A stretch of DNA of 55,333 bases from Candidatus Geothermarchaeota archaeon (GTDB lineage: Archaea > Thermoproteota > Nitrososphaeria > Geothermarchaeales > JDFR-13): the NCBI GenBank assembly GCA_015523725.1, contig WAJV01000034.1:1-55333 (forward strand). The letters are read 5' to 3'. Every line of letters begins with the position of its first letter. The first letter of the stretch is position 1. Of the stretch, positions 48,940 through 55,333 are shown piece after piece. The notes under the pieces were generated by a model that saw only the letters and a program-made list of their open reading frames with translations, had not been told where the DNA came from and searched no databases. The translations under genes and the position numbers were made by a program.

Positions 48940-51693
48940 ATGTCTAGAAAGAAGTATATATATGATTTTGAGGAGGCTGATTGGAGGAATAAGCGTTTAC
49001 TGGGGGGGAAGGGATCCAGCTTGGCGTTGATGACGCAGATTGGGCTTCCTGTGCCACCTGGCTTCACTATAACTACCGATGCATGTAGGGACTTTTTGAA
49101 GTGCAAGGAGGAGGAGATTAATTCTATTGTAGCTAAGTTGGAGAGGCTCCCAAAGCCTGAGGAGAGGGATAGGTTGATTAAGGAGTTATGGGAGATATTA
49201 TCGGGACTAGAGCTTCCTGAGGGTCTCATGGATGAGGTTAAGGTTCATGTTAAAAGATTGGAGGAGAAGCGGGGACTTAAATTTGGTGATAAGGATAAGC
49301 CCCTATTAGTCTCGGTTAGGAGTGGAGCGGCCGTATCGATGCCGGGTATGATGGATACCGTTTTGAATCTAGGGCTGAACGATGAGACTGTTATTGGGTT
49401 GGCTAATATGACGGGGGATTATCGATTTGCATATGATGCATATAGAAGATTTCTTCAATTATTTGGTAAGATTGTACTAGGTATCGATGATAAGTTGTTT
49501 GATGAGAAGTTGGAGTCGATTAAAGAGAAGTATGGAGCCTCGACTGATGTCGATATACCGTTTGATGGATTGAAGGAATTGGTTGATGAATATAAGGAGT
49601 TGATAATTGATAAAATTGGTTTCTTTCCATCCGATCCATGGACCCAGTTGGAGATGGCCATTAAAGCTGTCTTTAGGTCTTGGATGAATCCTAGGGCTAT
49701 TTATTACAGGATAGCTAATAAGATAACACCTGATATAGCTGATTGTACAGCTGTAAATGTTCAGAGCATGGTTTTTGGTAATATGGGTGAGGACTCTGGA
49801 ACAGGAGTTGTTTTCAGTAGAGATGTGGCTAATGGTGAGAATAAGTTATATGGCGAGTTCCTTCCAAACGCTCAGGGCGAGGATGTTGTAGCTGGAATAA
49901 GGACGCCTTTAAGTATCGATGAGTTAAAGAACCGTCATCCAAAGTTATATGAGGAGTTATATGATAAGGTTAAGTTGTTGGAGAGGCATAATAAGGAGGT
50001 TCAGGATGTCGAGTTTACGGTTGAGCGTGGGAAATTATATTTTCTACAGACTCGTAACGCTAAGATGACTGCTTTGGCTAGGGTGAAGACGGCTGTTGAT
50101 ATGGCTAAGGAGGGTATTTTGTCTAGGGAGGAGGCGGTATTAAAGGTTAAGCCGGAGCACGTGCTTCAACTATTGTATCCTCGAATCGATGAATCTTCCG
50201 GCGCTAAGCCGATAGCGAAGGGCTTGAATGCATCGCCTGGAGCGGTGAGCGGCCAAGCTGTGTTTGATCCCGATACTGCTGTCATGTGGGCTAGAGATGG
50301 TAAGGAGGTTATTTTGGTTAGGGTGGAGACCAAGCCTGATGATGTCCATGGATTCTATGCTGCTAAGGGTATTTTAACGAGTAGGGGTGGTATGACTAGT
50401 CATGCGGCGGTCGTGGCGAGGGGTATAGGTAAGCCCGCTGTGGTTGGCGCCGAGGCCTTGAGGATCGATTACGGGGAGAGGCTTTTTAGGGTTGGTGACG
50501 TTGTTGTTAGGGAGGGTGATTGGATAACTATTGATGGTAATACTGGTAATGTTTATTTGGGTAAGGTTCCTACGATTGAGCCTGAGTTAATACCTGAGTT
50601 GAGGGAGTTGTTGGCTTGGGCCGATGAGTTTAGGAGGCTAGGTGTTAAGGCTAATGCTGATGTACCTGAGGACGCTAGGATAGCGAGGGAGTATGGGGCC
50701 GAGGGTATTGGGTTACTTAGGATTGAGCGTATGTTTAGGAAGCCTGAGAGGCTTGAGGTTTTAAGGAGGGTTATTCTATCCGAGAATAGTGATGAGAGGC
50801 TTGAGGCAATGTATGAATTGTCGGAGATGATTAAGAGTGATTTTAAGGAGATGTTGGAGATTATGGATGGGCTTCCAGTCACTATTCGATTAATTGATCC
50901 ACCATTACACGAGTTTCTCCCTAAGCCTGAGGAGCTTTTAAGTGAGATATATGAGGCCGAGAAGAATGGTGATGATGGGAGGGTTATGGAGCTTAGGAGG
51001 TTATATAAGAGGGTAGTTGCCTTGACTGAGGCTAATCCCATGATGGGCCATAGAGGTGTAAGGGTTGGTGTTACTTATCCAGAGATTTATAAGGGTTTGG
51101 TAAAGGCTATGTTGGAGGCTACTGCGGAATTGATTCTAGAGGGTAAGAATCCTATCCTACAGATTATGGTTCCTCAAGTAGCGATGGTCGAGGAGCTTAG
51201 GTTTGTTAAGAAGACGGCGATAGAGCCTGTTAGGAAAGAGGTGGAGGAGAAATATGGCATTAAGATTCCATTCATGGTTGGAACAATGATTGAGACTGTT
51301 AGGGGTGCCTTAACTGCCGATGAGATAGCGAGGGAAGCCGAGTTCTTTAGCTTTGGTACTAATGACTTAACCCAGGCCACATTCAGTTTTAGTAGGGATG
51401 ATGCTGAGAACAAGTTCCTTCCACAGTATCTTGAGCTAGGTCTCTTGAATTCAAATCCCTTTGAGACATTGGATGTTAAGGGTGTTGGGGAGCTGGTTAA
51501 GATCGGTGTAGAACGTGGTAGGTCTACTAATCCAAATCTGGAGATTGGTATATGTGGTGAGCATGGTGGAGACCCTGCCTCGATCGAGTATTTCCATAAG
51601 GTTGGCCTCGACTATGTTAGTGCCTCTCCATTCAGGATTTTGATCGCTCGTTTGGCAGCGGCTCACGCTGCACTAAAGGAGAAAAGTAATTAA
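48940..51693 (+). CDS. ppdK: Pyruvate, phosphate dikinase
   Basis: LLGGKG, VSVRSGA..SMPGMMDT, GGMTSHAAVVAR, FSFGTNDLTQ and GICGEHGG. Confidence 0.96.
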   Translation: MSRKKYIYDFEEADWRNKRLLGGKGSSLALMTQIGLPVPPGFTITTDACRDFLKCKEEEINSIVAKLERLPKPEERDRLIKELWEILSGLELPEGLMDEVKVHVKRLEEKRGLKFGDKDKPLLVSVRSGAAVSMPGMMDTVLNLGLNDETVIGLANMTGDYRFAYDAYRRFLQLFGKIVLGIDDKLFDEKLESIKEKYGASTDVDIPFDGLKELVDEYKELIIDKIGFFPSDPWTQLEMAIKAVFRSWMNPRAIYYRIANKITPDIADCTAVNVQSMVFGNMGEDSGTGVVFSRDVANGENKLYGEFLPNAQGEDVVAGIRTPLSIDELKNRHPKLYEELYDKVKLLERHNKEVQDVEFTVERGKLYFLQTRNAKMTALARVKTAVDMAKEGILSREEAVLKVKPEHVLQLLYPRIDESSGAKPIAKGLNASPGAVSGQAVFDPDTAVMWARDGKEVILVRVETKPDDVHGFYAAKGILTSRGGMTSHAAVVARGIGKPAVVGAEALRIDYGERLFRVGDVVVREGDWITIDGNTGNVYLGKVPTIEPELIPELRELLAWADEFRRLGVKANADVPEDARIAREYGAEGIGLLRIERMFRKPERLEVLRRVILSENSDERLEAMYELSEMIKSDFKEMLEIMDGLPVTIRLIDPPLHEFLPKPEELLSEIYEAEKNGDDGRVMELRRLYKRVVALTEANPMMGHRGVRVGVTYPEIYKGLVKAMLEATAELILEGKNPILQIMVPQVAMVEELRFVKKTAIEPVRKEVEEKYGIKIPFMVGTMIETVRGALTADEIAREAEFFSFGTNDLTQATFSFSRDDAENKFLPQYLELGLLNSNPFETLDVKGVGELVKIGVERGRSTNPNLEIGICGEHGGDPASIEYFHKVGLDYVSASPFRILIARLAAAHAALKEKSN

Positions 51694-51716
51694 TATCTCT
51701 TTTACTAATTTTATTT

Positions 51717-53006
51717 TTATAAGAATTTAATTAATATTATTAAAATAATATTTGATATTCCTACTGATGCTAGTAGTATGAGTATGCCTATTTTTAAGTA
51801 GTCTATGAAGGTTATTTCGATGCCCTTTTCTTTCATAATATCTAATGCAACTACATTGGATGATGATCCTATTGATGTAGTGTTTCCCCCGAAGTCTGCG
51901 CCGAGTATTAGTGCCCACCATAGTGGATTGCTTGGTGAGGATGTGGTTATGCTTCTTAAGATTGGGATGAATGCAGCTGTGAATGGTATATTTGCTATTA
52001 ATGCAGATGCTCCTGCTGATATCCAGAGTATTATGCTCACCGATAGATATTCATTATCTGCTATGAATGGTTTCAAGATAGTGGCCATGTCGGATACTAT
52101 TCCCGTCTTATCTAATCCCCCTATGATTATGAATAATCCAGTTAGGAATAGGAGTGTGCTCCATTCCACATCCTCAAGTACTTTTGGCATCTTGTCTCCT
52201 CCTACGGATAGTAAGATTGATGAGCCTAATATGGCTATGGCTGAATAGCTGAAGTTTGTGTACGGCTTTACTAGAAACATCATCACTGTGAATACGAAGA
52301 CGGCGTAACTTACGTATAATAATTTGTAATCCGTTATTACGTCCGCTGGAGATACTGGAAGTTCTACCGTTATAATCTCTTTATCCAAGGTATCTCTATA
52401 ATATAGATATACTATTAGGAGTGATATTAGGAGGGCGATTAGGGCTATCGGTGCTATATATATTATGAAGTCTAGGAACGTCATATTTATCCTTGTAGCC
52501 ACCATTATGTTAGGCGGGTCTCCTATTATTGTTGCCGCTCCCCCGATGTTTGAGGCCATTATCTCTCCAATTATAAAGGGCTTTGGGTCTATCTTAAGCA
52601 TCTCCGTAATCTCTATTATCATGACTGTCATGAACATGACCACCGTCACATTGGCCAGTAAGGCTGATAGGAGGGCCGTCATCAGTGTGGTTATAATAAA
52701 CATTCTGCGGGGTATGTATCCACTAAGCCTAGCTGTCTCTAGTCCAATGAATCTGAAGAAGCCGGACTCTCTTAGGGCTCCGACTATCACCATCATACCG
52801 AATAGAAGTCCTAATGTCTCGAAATCCACATAGTATATTAAATCTCTTGTGGATACTATACCTAGTATCCATATGAATGTTGCTCCCACTAAGGCGGCTA
52901 TCTGCTTTTCTTTTTTACCTAATGCTATATATGCATAGGTAGTTATGAATATAATGATGGCTAGGTTCCTCTCATTTGTCAATAGCTCGATTAGCCCCGG
53001 CATCAC
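51717..53006 (-). CDS. ArsB/NhaD (P-protein/SLC13-like) ion transporter
   Basis: D..TL.LL.GMM, ASNIGGAAT.IGDPPNI, EW.TL.F..GLF, NIPF, W.L.LGA..GGN and SSSN. Confidence 0.88.
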   Translation of the reverse strand: MMPGLIELLTNERNLAIIIFITTYAYIALGKKEKQIAALVGATFIWILGIVSTRDLIYYVDFETLGLLFGMMVIVGALRESGFFRFIGLETARLSGYIPRRMFIITTLMTALLSALLANVTVVMFMTVMIIEITEMLKIDPKPFIIGEIMASNIGGAATIIGDPPNIMVATRINMTFLDFIIYIAPIALIALLISLLIVYLYYRDTLDKEIITVELPVSPADVITDYKLLYVSYAVFVFTVMMFLVKPYTNFSYSAIAILGSSILLSVGGDKMPKVLEDVEWSTLLFLTGLFIIIGGLDKTGIVSDMATILKPFIADNEYLSVSIILWISAGASALIANIPFTAAFIPILRSITTSSPSNPLWWALILGADFGGNTTSIGSSSNVVALDIMKEKGIEITFIDYLKIGILILLASVGISNIILIILIKFL

Positions 53007-53055
53007 TGATCAGCCCTTAGGTAGTTCATCGGGTTAAATTAAATTATTTATTTTA

Positions 53056-53069
53056 GTGATTTAAATCAC
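53056..53069. promoter_or_regulatory. Perfect 14-bp palindrome GTGATTTAAATCAC upstream of the transporter gene
   Basis: Seen in sequence; contains a TTTAAA TATA-like core 50-63 bp upstream of the start. Confidence 0.4.
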
Positions 53070-53102
53070 ATAACAATAATTATGTTGATGGTTCTCCTTA
53101 TA

Positions 53103-54530
53103 TCACCTATGTATTTCCCATATTTCTTTGGTGGAGCACCTAACTCCCCCTCCACCAGCCTCTATATGTGGAATTTCTATCTGTATTAGATCTATCCCGA
53201 ACTCCCTCACAAGATATTTATTTACCTCTTTATTGTATCTGTCGACTACTAATTTCCCTTTACCCAGATTTAATGCATTTGCCATAGTTATCTTACTACC
53301 ACTATGAGGTATTTCGTCTAGGTATACCCCCATTTCGTGAAATAATTGTGGTATCGTTTTTATGCTAATATCTAGGTTTTTCTCAATCTCTATCACCGAG
53401 TAGAACCCGACTCTCATCGGGTCTATAACTGCATAGTAAGTTCCGTTTAGGTCTCCTAAATATGTTAATACAACGTCTAAGTGGACTGCACCTGTCTCAC
53501 TCCATTTCTTAATATATCCAGATAATGGTATTCCAATTAGATGTATATCCTCTGATAAGACTTTTCTCATCGTTACTAATGCAGCTAGGTTTGAGCCTCT
53601 AACTCCAATTCCTGTTAATAAATATTTTCCATTATCAGTCTGAATAAGGATGAAGTTCCCTCCCTCTGCGTTGGCTTTAATTATCCCGTTATTTATCTGG
53701 CTCCATCTAATTCTTATAACTGGTTCTAATCCCAATTCATCATATATGTCTATGATCTTCCTCTCTTCTCCTGCCCTGATCTTCAATGCCATATTCCCTA
53801 TGAAGGGTTGTTCGGTTATTGTTAGGCTTTGGTCCCTCACATAACCAATTTTTGCGTATCCCTCTCCTAGATCTATTTTAATTATTTTATTAAGTGGGGA
53901 ATGGCTTATTTTGTCTTTTAATTCTTCCATCTTATTACTTGGTAGGTATTTATCTACTACTATTATACACCTTACTCTTTCTTGGTTAAGGGCTTCAACG
54001 ATGTTCATTATATCTCTCATCCAACCGTTTTCATCGGGGGTTTTCTCGCCATTTAGTGTATATCTCCTCCATACCCACTTTTCCCATCTACCTAATACTT
54101 CTTTGAATTGTCTGTTGGATGGAACGGCTAATAGGATATGTTTTTTCTCAGCGTCTTCTGGATATACATATAAGTTGTTTTGGAGTAAATTTAGTTGCTC
54201 TTTTATGAGTCTATCCTCGAAATTATCATGTGTCTCTCTCCATCCCTCGGTAGCTAGTTCTTTGAGTAGTTTAGATGGCATTAGGGAGACTATTTGGTCT
54301 AGATATATGAAGGCATACCTATATTTTTCTTCAGTTAATGCCCAGCTACTAGATATTGTTTGTGTACACGGTTGGGGAGGAATATTTGGGTATCCTTTTA
54401 TTATTTCACCGTAACATGAGTTGGTAGTCTTTGGCGATAATATGTGTTCTATATTTCGTTTTAATTTATCAATTTCCTCCGAGTACTTCTGTCTATCGAA
54501 TAATGTATCTACATATGTTATTAGCTTCAT
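53103..54530 (-). CDS. Arginine deiminase/amidinotransferase (pentein) family protein with long N-terminal extension
   Basis: YVRD, R.GE, EGGN, HLD and C-terminal GGGGVRC catalytic-Cys motif. Confidence 0.82.
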   Translation of the reverse strand: MKLITYVDTLFDRQKYSEEIDKLKRNIEHILSPKTTNSCYGEIIKGYPNIPPQPCTQTISSSWALTEEKYRYAFIYLDQIVSLMPSKLLKELATEGWRETHDNFEDRLIKEQLNLLQNNLYVYPEDAEKKHILLAVPSNRQFKEVLGRWEKWVWRRYTLNGEKTPDENGWMRDIMNIVEALNQERVRCIIVVDKYLPSNKMEELKDKISHSPLNKIIKIDLGEGYAKIGYVRDQSLTITEQPFIGNMALKIRAGEERKIIDIYDELGLEPVIRIRWSQINNGIIKANAEGGNFILIQTDNGKYLLTGIGVRGSNLAALVTMRKVLSEDIHLIGIPLSGYIKKWSETGAVHLDVVLTYLGDLNGTYYAVIDPMRVGFYSVIEIEKNLDISIKTIPQLFHEMGVYLDEIPHSGSKITMANALNLGKGKLVVDRYNKEVNKYLVREFGIDLIQIEIPHIEAGGGGVRCSTKEIWEIHR

Positions 54531-54539
54531 TAATTAAAC

Positions 54540-55333
54540 TTAGCCGTTCCATAGGTATTTAAGTACATCATCTATTGTTGATGCCTCGACTATCGTCATA
54601 TTATACCCTTTATCATTAATATATTTTTGTACATCGACTATTTTGGATTCATAGGTTATTATGTAAAATCCTGGTAATATCTCTTTTTTTATTGGGACAT
54701 ATACTTGAACCTTTTTCTGTCCCTCTGGAACTATAAATATTTTACCCCCATTTTCAGCCGCCGCTAATGCTTTTTGAAGTATTCCACCGACTTTTCCTAT
54801 CGAGCCGTCGGGATTTATTGTTCCAGTTAGGTATATCGATTGGTTTATTGTTTTATTTAGCATTAGGGAGATTAGTGTAGAGGTTATTGCGGCTCCCGCA
54901 CTGGGTCCATCTACAACATCAACCTTCATTGGTGCTTCAATACTCAATATTATATCATAATTGCTTAGGTTTATGGATGTGTATTTCTCCGCCACCATCT
55001 TAGCGATTTGTAGGCTGGTTTGTAGGTCTATTCCGATCTTTGGTTGGGTATTTACCAATACTCTCCCTTGACCTGGGAGGAGTGATATGGTGAAGTTCAG
55101 TACTATACCGAAGTATCCCGTGTTGTTTTGCCCGACTGCTACTGCATGGAACTTTATCGATCCTTGTGCATTTATATTCGATGATGAGTTTGGTGTAGTT
55201 AAGTATCCTGATATTGATCTATAATATGAGAGTTGTTGTTCTAATACATTTACCCTATTTTCTATATCGGCTATTCTATTTCTAAGGTTTAAATTATCTA
55301 GGTAGAGTCGATATGTATATGTTCCTATATACC
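54540..55333 (-). CDS. Archaeal S16 (Lon proteolytic-domain) serine protease, 5' end outside window
   Basis: VDGPSAG (Ser), TGTI..DG.IG.VGG...K (Lys). The frame is open to the right edge, with a coiled-coil-like segment. Confidence 0.85.
   Translation of the reverse strand, partial: YIGTYTYRLYLDNLNLRNRIADIENRVNVLEQQLSYYRSISGYLTTPNSSSNINAQGSIKFHAVAVGQNNTGYFGIVLNFTISLLPGQGRVLVNTQPKIGIDLQTSLQIAKMVAEKYTSINLSNYDIILSIEAPMKVDVVDGPSAGAAITSTLISLMLNKTINQSIYLTGTINPDGSIGKVGGILQKALAAAENGGKIFIVPEGQKKVQVYVPIKKEILPGFYIITYESKIVDVQKYINDKGYNMTIVEASTIDDVLKYLWNG

Noticed and set aside
52990-53040. Fluoride riboswitch upstream of the ion transporter
   Set aside because: GATG and GCTGAT fragments are present, but the required pairing and pseudoknot pattern is not evident.
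2358-54414. Numerous antisense or alternate-frame ORFs in the track (e.g. 38183-38848, 46223-46720, 50553-51041, 53911-54414)
   Set aside because: They are shadows of well-supported genes, with no motifs and Ser/Ile/Pro-rich antisense composition.
1-55333. tRNA, rRNA, CRISPR arrays, IS elements
   Set aside because: Intergenic spaces are short and AT-rich. I saw no GC-rich structured RNA, spaced direct repeats or transposase motifs.

Overview
A gene-dense, AT-rich archaeal chromosome segment. It most likely comes from a thermophilic TACK-group (Thermoproteota-related) archaeon, judged from GGTG-type ribosome-binding sites, many TTG/GTG starts, PolB2, TrpB2, archaeal GlnA/AspRS and a BarR/Grp-like Lrp regulator. 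The content is mostly metabolic: moaE, a four-subunit 2-oxoacid:ferredoxin oxidoreductase, heme o synthase, a TPP enzyme, a macrodomain, a PPP phosphatase, trpB2, nucleoside hydrolase, the PolB2 module, PduO, prpDB, FeoB with a DtxR-FeoA regulator, (methyl)malonate-semialdehyde dehydrogenase, a BMP-type nucleoside ABC transporter with an HTH-PRTase regulator, WbpB/D/E-like amino-sugar genes, ppdK, an ArsB/NhaD-type transporter, an amidinotransferase-family enzyme and a partial S16 protease. The stand-out locus is a single ORF fusing GatB to a probably non-discriminating aspartyl-tRNA synthetase. It is followed by gatA and gatC and sits beside an Lrp/glnA pair, giving a candidate covalently pre-assembled Asn-transamidosome. 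This fusion gene and the DUF401 gene both appear to need non-canonical start codons (ATT; ACG/ATA). Clear operator palindromes lie in front of the DtxR-feoB unit and in the ABC-transporter/regulator intergenic region. Two or three decayed genes are present. I saw no tRNA, rRNA, CRISPR array or mobile element. All assignments are by eye, without database searches.
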